64,000 bases of DNA from Cetorhinus maximus (Eukaryota), in NCBI RefSeq assembly GCF_964194155.1, contig NC_135892.1, forward strand, positions 74,648,001 to 74,712,000. Direction: 5' to 3'. Position 1 is the stretch's first letter. The number at the start of each line of letters is the position of its first letter. Position numbers and translations under genes: made by a program. Shown here piece after piece: positions 11,084 through 23,270 of the stretch. The notes beneath the pieces were generated by a model. It ran no database searches, had not been told where the DNA came from, and saw only the letters and a program-made list of their open reading frames with translations.

Positions 11084-12220
11084 ATGGAGGCTGGATTTAT
11101 TGCCGCCTGCAATATCACTTACAGGCAGGGGAGAATGAGAAGATTGTGACAGAGGTGCCTGGCTCAGCAAAGGGAGGAACAAAACCTCAAACACAAGGGC
11201 CAGCAGGGCTATCCTCCAGGTGCAGAGGATGAGGCGCAAGACCAAGGGTGTACAGAACTCCCATGTCTTATCTGCAGATGAGCAAGAATCAGTGTCACTG
11301 ATGGCTCCGCACGTCCAGGGATCTGGTGACTCACATTTGCCACATTCTCCAGGAATTGGCGCCACAGGGACTAGGGGGGCATCCATTGCCAGTGGTCTGA
11401 AAGTAATGGCCGCTCTGAACTTCTACGCCAGTGGCTCCTTCCAGGGCTCCAGTGGGGACCTCTGAGGGATCGCTCAAGCATCCATGCACAAATGCATTCA
11501 TGAGGTCACAGATGCCTATTTTGCCAAAGCCCACAATTACATCAACTTTGATAGAGATCAAGCAAGCCAGGAGGCCAGAGCACTGGGCTTTGCTGAGATT
11601 TCCAGATTCCCACAGTTGCAGGGTGTCATTGACTGCACTCATGTGGCTGCAAAAGCTCCCTGGTTACAGGCCCTCCAATACATAAACAGGGAAGGCTATT
11701 GCTCGCTCAATGTTCAGCTGTTCTGTGACCATAAGAAGCTGATCATGCAGATTTGCACCTGATACCCAGGAAGCATCCACGATTCTTACGTTTTGAATAG
11801 ATCGCAGATCCTTGATATCTTCGGGGGACCACACGGGATCCAGGGCTGGCTCCTCGGTGACAATCGTTACCACAAAGGAACGGGCTAATGATGCCCATGC
11901 AGCAGCCTCAGACTCCTGCAGAAGGTACAACGATGCTCATGCCTCTTGCCGAGCATTGGTGGAGCATACCATAGGGATCTTAAAGATGCGATTCCGATGC
12001 CTGCCGAGATCTAGCGGAGCACTCCAGTACAGTCCCCAGAGGGTCTCACGGATCAATGTGGCTTGCTGCATGCTGCCCAACCTGGCACTGCAAAGGGGGA
12101 AGGACTTGCCAGATGATGAGATGGGGGAGCTGCACGTCTCCTCCAATGAGGAGGACCTCAAAGGGGATGAGGGTGAGGAGTTTGAGGAAGCCGAGGTTGT
12201 AGGGGAAGAGGCCATAAGAG
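11084..12220 (+). pseudogene. Harbinger transposase (HARBI1-like, DDE_Tnp_4 type), disrupted
   Basis: Motifs across frames: RVYR, KVMAALNFYASGSFQ, FPQLQGVIDCTHV, NREGYCSLNVQLFCD, YPGSIHDSYVL, GWLLGD, YNDAHASCRALVEHTIGILKMRFRCL, LQYSPQRVSRINVACCMLPNLA, then an acidic tail. In-frame stops (e.g. 11462, 11760) and frameshifts are present. The start is approximate. Confidence 0.93.
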
Positions 12221-14099
12221 ATGGTCTGCCTTCATATCAGGCTGAGAATAAATGCAGTCCAGGATCCCTAACTGAGTGTACCGGATGTCAGTGTGATTTG
12301 GAAGAATGTGCCACAGATTACAGAGTCAACTATAAGTGGACTCACAACAGCGAGACGTTATTGGCTACCTTGTCCTAAGTGTGACTTCTCTGATTCACCA
12401 TCTGGGCCAGATAAGGAAGGCCTGCGCGCGAGGCCCTGATAGCCACCAGGAGGATGACAAGTTGCAGTGAGTACCATCTTAGACAAGTGCCCTCCATCAT
12501 GGGCCAGAATGAGCACCAGCATTGCTATTCCTGTCATTTCAACCATGCACTTCAATATGAGAGTCAATAGTTACACATCAGGCTCACATTGTCCTGGTCC
12601 TTTGAACAATGGTGAAGCCTCGGCCGCATGTATCCTTGCTGAGATGAGGTGCTAACTGAAGGATGGCATCCCAGCATCAGATGAAGGTGCTGCCTCTTCC
12701 ATGCATCTCTCCAGCATACCAGTCGCAACTACACCCTATAAGAGCCAGGAGCTGTCAGTCAATCCTCAGCGGTTTTGTGGCTGTATGCCTTCAATGTGAC
12801 AAGGCTCCTCAAGGAGATCCATCTCAAGCAATGGAACTATACACTGTATAAAACATCAATGGTGAATCAGATAGTTCACACTTGGGACAAAGCAGCTGAT
12901 GAAGTCCTGCTGCTGTGAATCTATTTATGGATGACTCAATCATTTATGGTGCATTCTTCCAAATCACACTGCCTTCCCACGCTCTCAGTTAGGGATCCTG
13001 GGCTGCATTTATCTTCAGCTTAATATGGATGTGGACGACCTGACCATGACGATGTCAAACACTGCCAGACATTAAAATGCCTCTTCTTTCACACAGACAT
13101 TGTGCCCTGATGGCCAGCCCTAGCCCTTGCCAAGCCCAAATTGCACACACACCATGAAGCGCTCAAAAGCATGCGTCATTGCTAATAAAGAGCACACTTA
13201 TAGCTTCAGTACATCCGCGCTCCTATCCCATTTGCTCCACTACACATTGTCTAAATGTGTGTTTCCAGAGCCTGCTCAAAGCCTCTGTTGCCTGCCAGAA
13301 ATCACCATTTGGAATTAGCATCAGTGACCTCAGCGAGTGCTCAGGTGAAGGGACAAACAGCGATGCATCCTTATTTTGTGACAAGAGCCTTGTTCCCGCA
13401 GGATACACAACTACAGGGTGAGACTCTCTCAAAGTTGGACATTTAAACACCAGCACAATAATGTGGCTGAGATGGGCCGAGCTTTGTCACCTTGAGGTGG
13501 CAAGATGCACCCACTTATTGGTGAGCTTAGCAGATGTACACTCAAAGTGGAAGTGCGGTTGGCAGACAGCAGTGCACACAAGCTCTGAGTATGGGCTCAA
13601 AGCATGAAACCCTGCTGAGAGACAGGCAGTACATGGAGTAGCACGATATATGAGCCTTCTCCATGCATGAACACATCTCTCCTTGTAGACTATACCTTCA
13701 GCTTTCAAGAATGCAGACGAGATAGGAGAACACCTCTGCCTCAATATTACACAGCCACGAATAAACATGACATGACCCTGCCAAGCATGTGAACGAGATT
13801 CGTTGCACAAGCACACTTAACATTAAAAGTGGAGGGATTCGTGATATGGTGAATGATCTGGAAAAGGGCCTCACACTGTGGTGATAAGGAAGCATACTAT
13901 ACAGATGAGAAGGCCATGAAAGCAACATCTGCAGTAAGTGGGGGGAGGGACCATGGTCTCATGATCATGGTGATTGATAGCAATACAGCTCATCAGAAAA
14001 AGGAGGCATTCACAAGAGGAGGCGTGAAATGAATGCAATTCCTTTTACATTTTCGCATATTATATACATGTTGTGAACAACCTTGCCACTGTAGTGTTC

Positions 14100-15794
14100 C
14101 TAAATCTTAACTTTCCTAACCCTAATACTACGTCTTGGTGCTTCCCTGACATCCACAGAGGAGTTGGAGGCAGCCTGCTGACTTCTACGCCCTGTTGTCT
14201 GTGATGATTTTGGTGGGTGTCCCCTGGAGGGCCGAGATTTGGAGGGCCCTGGCCCGCTTTGGGTGTCCTTTTGTGGAGCAGGTGCACTCTTATCGTCCTG
14301 TGAGCTGAAGGTGATGGGGTCACAGGAAGAGGGGATTTGGTTCAGCCTGAGAGTCTCAGAGTCACCTGGCTGGATGGCTGCGGGGTGTCCAGCTGCTGGT
14401 CCTCCTCCCTATGGGTGTCCGAGGGCCCTTGGCCCTTGAGGAAAATAAGCAGCTGTAGTGAGATCGAGCTGCTCTGCTCCCCTCTCGTGTAGCCATTGAT
14501 GGGTGCCACCAATGGCTACAGCAGTGCAGGACTGATGTCCTGCACCAAGATCTCCATAGCATCCTCCAATCTGCCAGGGCTGATCTTGGTGTATTAGCAT
14601 GCTATGCTATCACCTCAGACTGAATGCTGACAGACTCCTCCATCGTCCATTGCAATTTGAGGAATGCAGCCAACAACCCTTCTTGATGTTCACTGCAGCT
14701 CCAACAACTGATTTAGGGCCAAGTCCAGAGGCTCATCATTTGACTTTGACTCAGCAGAATCCTGGGCTCCAGCAGTCGTCCAAGTGTGGTGACCTCAGGA
14801 TATCCCTGCCTCCACCAGATTGTGCGCAGTACTCACCAGATCATGAACCCGAGGCTGCTCTAGAACTAGGCCCCACCGAGGTGTATGTATCTGCACTGGC
14901 GGAGGGTGTGGGTGAGCGCTGTGACGGGTCTTCTGCTGGTGTGTCCCCTGTTTCCTCATCTGAGTGTTTGGAAAGCTGCAGAGGGAATCCACAAGCCAGG
15001 CCCTCAGCTCCAGACCTGAGGTGCATATGAAAGAAAGGAGAGATCATTAGCGCAGGGCAGGTGACTCTAAAACAGGACAAAGCACTCGCAGTATGGTTGT
15101 CCAAGGGATGAGCTGGTGCAGGATCCTCACTTGGGTGTGTGCTGCCCACCTCACCATCAGCGCAGGCATGGTCAACATACTCTCCAGCCAGCTCGATTGC
15201 ACAGTTTTCAAACTCCGTGTAGACCTTTATGTTGGGCACTCCACCCCCGGTCTGGGACGTCCTCCCTCTTATTGTGCCATGAGCTTGTTCTGCATAAAGA
15301 CAGACGGAGAGAGTGTGAACAAGACACGTGCCAGGACAGATGATAAGGATGCCTGGCATGTGTGGGTGGTGGGTGGAGCCATGGACGGGATGAGGACGCA
15401 AGCTCCATAGGAGATGAGGCCATGTGGAGATATGAGGGTGTGTGAGAGAATGAGTGATGATGTCCCTTGAGCTGGCAGTGTGTGAGATGCCAGTGAATGT
15501 GTGCTGGGCTTGTGAGTGTGTGAGTTGAGAGTGATGAGATGGTTGACTTACCCTGGCAGAATTGATGAGATCCTTCACCCTCTTTCTGCTCTGGGTGGCT
15601 GACCTCTTCTGCATCACACTGGCACTGACCACCACTGCCACCGCCTCCCAAGCCAGATTGGTGACTCTGCTGGACCTCTTGTGGCCAGAATGGGGGTAGG
15701 AGACATCACGGTGGGACTCAACTGCATCCAACAGGCGCTCCAGTAAGGCAGCAGTGAATTTCGGAGCAGCATGATTCTTCCCTTTGGGAGTCAT
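14100..15794 (-). pseudogene. Harbinger Myb/SANT-like (trihelix) DNA-binding protein gene, about 3 exons, disrupted
   Basis: Exon 1 (15794-15552, 243 nt) is MTPKGKNHAAPKFT..LLDAV..AWEAVA..RSATQSRKRVKDL, followed by GTAAGT. Exon 2 (15289-15131) follows tatgcag and encodes SQTGGGVPNIK, ending at GTGAG. Exon 3 (~15015-14100) ends PRRSIRVRKVKI*. Confidence 0.85.
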
Positions 15795-16118
15795 GTCTTC
15801 AGTGGAGCAGTCCTGTGCTGCAGACATTGACAAAGCTGTGTAGGGGTGCCGTTTAAACGTGGCGCCTGGAGTGAGGAAGCAATGAGCTGACGGCAGGACA
15901 GGCGAATCAGAGGCTGCCCGCCAGTGATCCAGCATGTTTCACGTGCACACATAATGAATGAGGCAGGGAGTGGACGATAGAGTGAAAAAACCCACCATTG
16001 CGGCCGACAGGTAAAACGTCATTTTTCAGGCCTGCTCCCACGTTTAGTGCAATGGAGGGGGAATCCCACCCCTCATCCCTGGCCTTAAATAAGGGCTGAC
16101 CTTTATCCCGAGACTGTG

Positions 16119-17369
16119 GGACTGGATTTTGACAGAGTCGGATCTCCAAAAATGTTGAATGGGACCCGATTCTGGGATTCCAGCCCCCATTCCCTGCACC
16201 CCCAATTTTTGCCATTACAGGAGAGGGGTGCGAGCAGCAGGCCTGCATCATGCACTCCTGGCCTAGCCAGTTCCATTGTAGGGACAGGCATCTCCTAACC
16301 GCCTCCCTTCCTCAGAGGTCACAGGATCTTTACAGTGCAGAAGGTGGCCATTCAGCCCATCGAGTCTGCACTGACTCACTGAAAGAGCATTCTACCTAAT
16401 CCCACACAGATGTCGTGAACCATAGTCTGCATTAAGGAAACTTTTGAAAGATAACTTCAATATGTCTTACCCTTGCCCCCATGCCAACTAATACTCTCCC
16501 ACCCAATGGCCCCTCCGTGCCAACTCATAGCACTTCCATTTCCATTCATCCAGTATACACCCTGTACAGAACCAATAAACCAAGTCAAGCCTCATTATAT
16601 ATTCTTGGCCGACTTCCAATAGTCTTTTGAAACAGCTGCACATAAGGGAAAACATTGCTTGATTGACAGCCTTTTCTCTATTTTGTCAATTGTTCGATGT
16701 TTATTTACACAAGATAGAGTGGTGTCAAGTGCTTGTAGTTTCTGCTATTGATAATTTAAAGGGCTGGTTGATTCACACTTATATTGGGTTGTGATAACAG
16801 CAGTTTATTTTAAAGAAGTTATGAATAGATGGCTCTTTTTTAAGCCTTTCAAAACATGCCATTGTTACTATATTGTTTTTTGGTTCTATACAGAGTATAT
16901 ATTGGGTGAATGGGCACACAGGTGCTATGAGTTAGCATGAAGGGTACAAGAAGCCACTGGGTTTAGGTGGAGGTGCATGGGTTGGCATGAAAGGTATGGG
17001 GGCCATTGAGGGTGGGTGGGGGCATGTGTTGGCATGGATGGAAAATGAGAAGTGGGTGAGAGAAGATGAAGAGTGAGGGCTAGAGGACCTAATATTGAAT
17101 AAAACAACTCGGACAAAGCCCCAGAGACACAAGATGGCCCTTTTAATCAATCCATGTTAGCACTTGGCAGCCCCTATGTCTGCCTCCGCAATGTTTCTGG
17201 GGATGGGGGCCCAACTCCAGCATATATTCACCAGCCACATCCCCACCCCCATTCACAGAATGAGAATCCCACCTTTCTAGGCACATCCCCCTCCACCGCC
17301 AAGGCAGGTGTGCTGAGACAGGAAATTTCGCGATTCCTGCTACCCTCCTTTAACATAAAAATCCAGTCC
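16119..17369. mobile_element. Non-autonomous Harbinger-type element (~1.25 kb) containing a short LINE 3' fragment (~16316-16410)
   Basis: Perfect 12-bp TIR ggactggatttt / aaaatccagtcc. It interrupts the CR1, whose sequence resumes after 17369. Confidence 0.8.
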
Positions 17370-17585
17370 TATGTTCCCTGGTTCTATATTCTCCAGCCAG
17401 GGAACACAGCTTCTCCGTCTATCACACCCTCCTCCGAATTTTATGTGTTTCAATGAGATCATCTCTCATTCTTAGACACTCCAGAGAATACAGGCTCATC
17501 ATACTCAATCTCTCTTCATAGGACAACCTTTTCATCCCAGGAAGCTTTATCGCACTCCCTCTAAGGCAAGTACATCCTTCCTTAG
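17370..17585 (-). mobile_element. CR1 LINE RT C-terminal fragment (piece 3 of the split CR1)
   Basis: ORF 17422-17613 contains PGMKRLSYEERL..LYSLECLRMRDDLIETHKI, typical of the CR1 ORF2 C-terminus. Confidence 0.85.
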
Positions 17586-20500
17586 GTACCTTAACAAAGG
17601 TCAAAGTGTTCAAAACTATTTAGCTTGTATTACTGCTCCTTACATTACATCAAATGGCTTAAATGACTATTGATTGTAAACTAATGCAACAATTCAGAAA
17701 TGTGCACAATACCCAGTAATTATGCAAAAGAGGTAAAATAGCCACAAGCGACAAAAATGATGATCATGCCCCAAGTTCCTTAGGTTGAATTTGGTGAATG
17801 TGTGCAATTGGTGGGTCCTCATCTCAGCACAGCAAAAACCATAGAGGAACCTGCTGAAGACCAATACCTTCAGCCATGGCAAGTTCACCAATGCCCTGGC
17901 CACTTTCATCAACATATTCAATCAGATCTTTTAAAAGGGATAGTTGGAAGGCATGTGCAAGCTGTCCTCTGACAAGGTGTTCTTGTGCTTGCACACACCT
18001 GCCAGACCACTAGCAATGGTTTTAAATGGCCATTGGAGCAGACATACTGAGAGACCTTGGATTCCAGCCCAGACAGAAATCAAAAGTGAGAGTTCTCTTG
18101 CATCTAGTACCCCAACAACAGCAGTTATGACTATCATGCTTAGAAAACTACTGCCAGTACATCCCCTACATCTGAGCCCTCTCTGTAGTTAGTACTGAAG
18201 CTGCCGCATGCTTCAGGCTTAACTAAAAATCCATTTAAACATTCACCATGATGGCACAAATGCAGGTGGCAGACTATTCAATTTCAGCATCTGATTCACA
18301 ATCCTGGCTTCCTTATGGATTAGATTATCTACAATATCCTTCTTGAAAATGCAGGACCTCTAAGATCCTGGTCCCATAGCTCTTCTACTGAGTATAGCTG
18401 CCTTCTGCCCCTCTGGATAGCTATGACACCTATACCTTAGCTGTAAATGCCACATCCTCTCTTACTTCCCTATCTTCCACAGGTTCTCCTAACTAGCTGC
18501 ACAGGTTCTGCAGAATTCTTCCCGGAAAGGGGTAGAGAGAATGCCCTCTTGGGGGGTCCTTACCCATATTGTATTCATTTCCTTGTTTCATATGTAATCT
18601 TATCTTTCAAGAGGAATATTCAGAGTATGAATATGTTTTGCTCACCAGTCATTCGGAATGCAACCTAAGAGTTTGTGAGTTTTCCTTAATTTAGGCAACT
18701 AGAAGGGGCAAGGTTGAATCGAAGACATCAGTGAAACTTAATATTTGAGGAACATTTGCAGGGAAAGGAATAGAGTTGAACTTCTTTGGGGGCAGCTGAA
18801 GGAAGTAAGATATAGTAAGGAACAGAAGAGGACAAAGTAGCTGGCACTGGTACCCGATGCATCGAATTTAGCTGCATAAAATAATTAATGTCAGTCCTCT
18901 TACCTTGACTGGCCTGGTGAGATCATTAAAGCTTTTTCCTGCACTTACTTGCTGTCCACAGGGTGGCACTCACCAATTCTGCACCTCATTCTCTGGGACT
19001 GTACAGTAAACATTGTTGGGTCACTGCCCTGTCTGCCGAACAAGACCACACACCTTTTATTTATTTCAGACATCAACACCCCCATCACCGACTTCATGAA
19101 CTTGGTAGCCTCTAACAGGTATTTATTTAATCCAATGTCTGTGACATCTATTGTTCTTGCTTCTTCTTTAACAACTTTCCTTCTGTCAAGAGGGATGGCA
19201 ACAGCCACTTAAATATTGCAACTGGAGTGATTTCCCTCCAACACAAGGTTGACTATCAAGAGCGTGTGAAAATAGTGAGGTTGGTGAAAAGGCAATCTTG
19301 GCAAAAGATTTTTACTAAATCAAGTGGAAAGAAAAATTTAAGCCACTGTCTTCCAACTTAGTGGCAGCAAAACAGCCAATGCTCATCTCAGTTTGATTAA
19401 GTTGTGCCTCTTGAGGGACATTTCTGGATCAACAGAGATGCCTATAGTTTCAGTTTCTAAACCTCAAATGTTTGACCTGCAAAGTAGTCTTAAGTGCAAA
19501 AAATTAAGGATAACATAACTAATGAAGAAGATTCTGTTAAATAATTCGATAAAGTGTGAGAACTACTCTATTGTCACAATATTTGGACTAACTCAAAAAA
19601 ACTAATTCAGTAAATTTCTCTGTGCTATACAATGAAAACAAGAATAATGTTGTGTCAATTAATAACTGTAGTGAAGCTTCGCATATCTCATCTGCTTGTG
19701 GCAGCTTCTCCCAGTTTGGAAATCGCAAGAGCCCTCTCTAAATGCAAAAAGTTCAAATGTGGAATTTCCGATATGTTTAAATAACTGATCACTTAGTTAC
19801 TGAACTACAGCCATTAAATATGCATTAGGCTATGGAAAAGTTGTGCCTTCTCTATTGGTACTCCAATCCAATCTTTCCAAGCCTTTTATGTTTCCAGCAA
19901 TCACCAAGGTCAAGGCTTGGACATTTGTCCTCGTGTCAATTGTCTCCACCTGTACTCTTGTGTTTGTACCAACTAATACAACTTTAAAAAAAAAATGCCA
20001 GTGTTGCAGTCTGACTGCTGCAAATGATCATTCTAACTACCTGGTTTATCAGTCGCAGCTTCCTACATTAAATCATGTACTCTATATGATCTCACACAGA
20101 CATTCCCTTTTAGCTATTTATTTTTAGTCAGCCAAATTAAGGTGAATGATGTTTTGTGATAGCATATAAACTTTATATCTGACTTTTCTCCTAGTTAGCC
20201 TGCAAAGAACAATTCAGATCTCTTGCCGTTTTTACAGTGGTCAAAACTACAATACTATCTTATTTAGAGGTATTAGTGGGTGGTATATTAATATATATTC
20301 CACATTTTACTTTAGGATGCCCAAGAGAATCCTAAATAGAGGATTTAGCTTGCTATTTCATAATGGTATATTATTGGTGATTGTTTTACTTCGTATGCTC
20401 TGAGAAATTATTTAATTTTACATATAGAATTAAAGCCCCATCTTAGCAGCAGTAATAAGTTAATTAGACTCTGCTAATTCATTTGAATTCCAGTGCAACA

Positions 20501-21630
20501 AGTCTGTATTTCCTTATACTAAATTGAATTAAATGGCATAATATTTCGCTCATTGTGCATACACTGCATGAAGAAACCTTGCAAGTTACCAAAATTTTGC
20601 ACTGAATCCCACTGTGAATTTTAGGAGGAATTATATCTAAACCCAGAAAATACCTCCACAGAATAGCACCCACCATTTATCCTGCACCTGGAATCTTCTC
20701 CTCCTGATGATGCAGCAGTTAAATCATTTGATTTAAAAGTAACTTATTTTTAAGTAAACCATTGAGGTCCACCATGTGACTTATTTATACCACATGCTAT
20801 TTATGATATTTAGTATGCATTCAAATATTGCCAATTTTTGACAGTTAATATCAATATAAAATATTACACTGAGTGAAACAGTTCCATCTCACTCCATTCA
20901 TAAGAGTTAGAGCAGATGCCGCCAGCCTTGAGGGAGTATGACAATGATAAGCGGGTAAAACCAGTGGGAGATAATAGGTTCGGAGGAAGAGTGACAATAT
21001 TGACAAGAATAGACCAGGAGGTACAGATCTCTGCTTAGATGAAGAGCGGTAACATGGAGAGACTAGGAGGGACAGGACAATCACTGACCTAGATGAATAC
21101 CAGTGAAACTGAGCAGTAGATGTCAGGACAAAAGGCAGCAAGAAAGTATTGTATTGGTGGCGAAGAAGAGCATACCACTGCATCCCAGGCACACATCTGC
21201 ATAAACACAAGCAAAAATGTTTTGAGGAACACAGCTATATGACTGAATACAAAGATCAGAAACTAATTTATGTTTAAGCTTTCTGTTTTTCTTAACAAAC
21301 TGTAAAAGAGGGTTTTAGGTTTTCAATAACAATCAGACTACCAATCCATCACAATAGTTGTATTTTATTAAGGCCATGAAATTATGTTGGGGATAATATG
21401 TATGTATTATTAATGCACCTGTCTGGAAGTCTTCTCTTATTTTAAACAGATTAATAGCAGTGAGGAATTTCAGAGCAGCATGTTAAGCATTTATACCAAA
21501 GCATAATTTCAAGCCCCAAGAGTTTTGTGTTTATTATACATTAAAGCAGGACAAAGAGCTCCAATTTCAACAAAGGTAATAATATTTGGACAGGTACAAA
21601 CAGCCACTATGATTGAAGAATAAGCTTCAT

Positions 21631-21827
21631 GGGGTTGAAAATCCTCTGTGCTATTTTTAGATCACTGCTAATGTGTTTGCACTAAATTTCTGAGTGTGCT
21701 ATTTTAACAGTGTTATCCCACTTATTTCGAGCAACTGAACAGCTTCATTCATACAGCGTGCTCAGAAATTTGACACAAATGCATTAAGCACTATGCTAAA
21801 AATAGCATAGAGAGGAAGTTCAACCTA
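21631..21827. mobile_element. Small palindromic MITE-like hairpin (~200 bp)
   Basis: ~70-bp imperfect inverted arms: ggttgaaaatcctctgtgctatttttag...aaatttctgag versus ctcagaaattt...ctaaaaatagcatagagaggaagttcaacc. Confidence 0.7.
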
Positions 21828-22429
21828 CAGAAGACTTAGCTTGTAACAGGGCAACTAAATGGTAAAGAATGGGATGATGTGTGTTTATCCCTATCCATTT
21901 GTAATTTTTTTGTTGCTGTGAATTTGGGCTGTTTTCATAACTATTGCATTATAATTCAATGAGTCAGGAAGAAGCATATTTAAATATTCTGGTGTAAAAA
22001 TGGACTTACAATGTCTCACAATGGCAATCCATTATTAGCTAAGGATGGCATCAAGAGATTAAAATTAATTATAATGTACAAAGTAGGCCATAGCCAACCA
22101 GAAATGTTTTAGCAATAGTTCCACCACAGTTATCTTCCTACTGCATAATATTGATCAATCAAAATTTAAATACCTCATGGCCTAACAACTATCCAATCAA
22201 ACAATGAAACTGCAACCATAAAGCAAGGTTTCTTTTGAGGAGGCATAACAGAGATAAAACAATCCTGACACCAATATATTTAATTGCCTTTTAAATTTCA
22301 GCACAAAAGTATATTTTCATTATTTTCTACATCCACTGCTGATTAAAAATTGCACACCTAAAATCATTGTAATGTTATGTAAAGACAACAGAACCCAATA
22401 TGAAAAAAGTCCTATAAAACCAGAAATAA

Positions 22430-23270
22430 GAAAACATTTGTAACTGATTTTATGCAGTAAAACCTGCTTATGTGTGTTATTAAACTCATGGTGCAGTGCC
22501 CCGCGCCCCCCTCCCCAAATACAGGAGCTATTCATTATCATGGAAGGTCAATAACCCTCCTGGATATGACATAATGGGCAAGTAACTAATCTGTATTAAT
22601 GGAGATTAGAATATCATCTCTTGTGAGCTTGTCCATCCCCGTGAAGGCCATTTACCAGCAACAATACTCACACCCTAATGTTGGTATTATCGGTATTGGT
22701 GAGTATTGTGATCGAGTATTGACATTCGCTAGGGGTGTATCACTGCATGTTGTTATTGGCATTGGTATTCACTAGGATGCATCAGTGAATAAACTCCGGC
22801 TGCATGACATCCTTAAATTTGTGAGGTCTTAATTTGATTGCTGATTACATCACTTGCAGAACTTTCTGCAGTTAAAAGCTAAAGACAAAGAAGAATATTA
22901 TTTGGGATTGGGAGCAGTGAAGCATTAGCAAAACAACATCCATATGGGTAAAATGTTTTGGCAATTATTTACAGCTCTGTATTGCAGCAGCTACAACACA
23001 ATTAAATTCTCATATAAATTAACATTTTTTTTCTCAAATTTTTCAGGCCAGCTCTTAGTAAGTGTAGCATAATACTAATAAATTTCATTGGCTGGGAAGT
23101 ATGAGGCAATAAACAGCTTCTGTGCTGATTAAATGCAAAGGCCGCAGGCCAAGGTGGTTAATCAAAATGCAGGGGCATTTATTGCTGCACATACTCAAGA
23201 CAAAAAGAAATTATCGTTTAATTTAACAAAATTCCAGGCCAATGGTATCATCCTATCTTTCACCTTGCAT
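22430..23270. promoter_or_regulatory. Candidate conserved non-coding elements (~22430-22660 and ~23045-23270)
   Basis: Non-repetitive sequence rich in TAAT/ATTA and TGATTAAAT motifs with retained CpG (ccccgcgccc, ggccgcagg). Conservation is untested. Confidence 0.35.

Larger units (their letters stand above)
9568..16071 (+). mobile_element. Near full-length PIF/Harbinger DNA transposon (~6.5 kb), decayed
   Basis: Carries a DDE transposase (+) and a Myb/SANT gene (-) in convergent orientation. Degenerate TIRs are (g)accgggattttc and ggaatcccaccc. The flanks rejoin into a continuous CR1 3' end. Confidence 0.9.

Noticed and set aside
11084-12378. Functional host HARBI1 gene
   Set aside because: It has multiple stops and frameshifts and lies inside a TIR-bounded element with a Myb partner.
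14841-15935. 364-aa single-exon CDS
   Set aside because: It reads through GT-AG introns of a transposon Myb pseudogene, starts upstream of the likely ATG (15794) and ends at a premature stop.
17690-18200. Host coding exon
   Set aside because: Only short ORFs in several frames, with no recognisable domain or convincing splice pair.
22680-22790. CRISPR-like or structured repeat array (gtatt units, ttc.ctagg duplication)
   Set aside because: Short irregular degenerate duplications with no constant repeat-spacer period, in a eukaryotic context.
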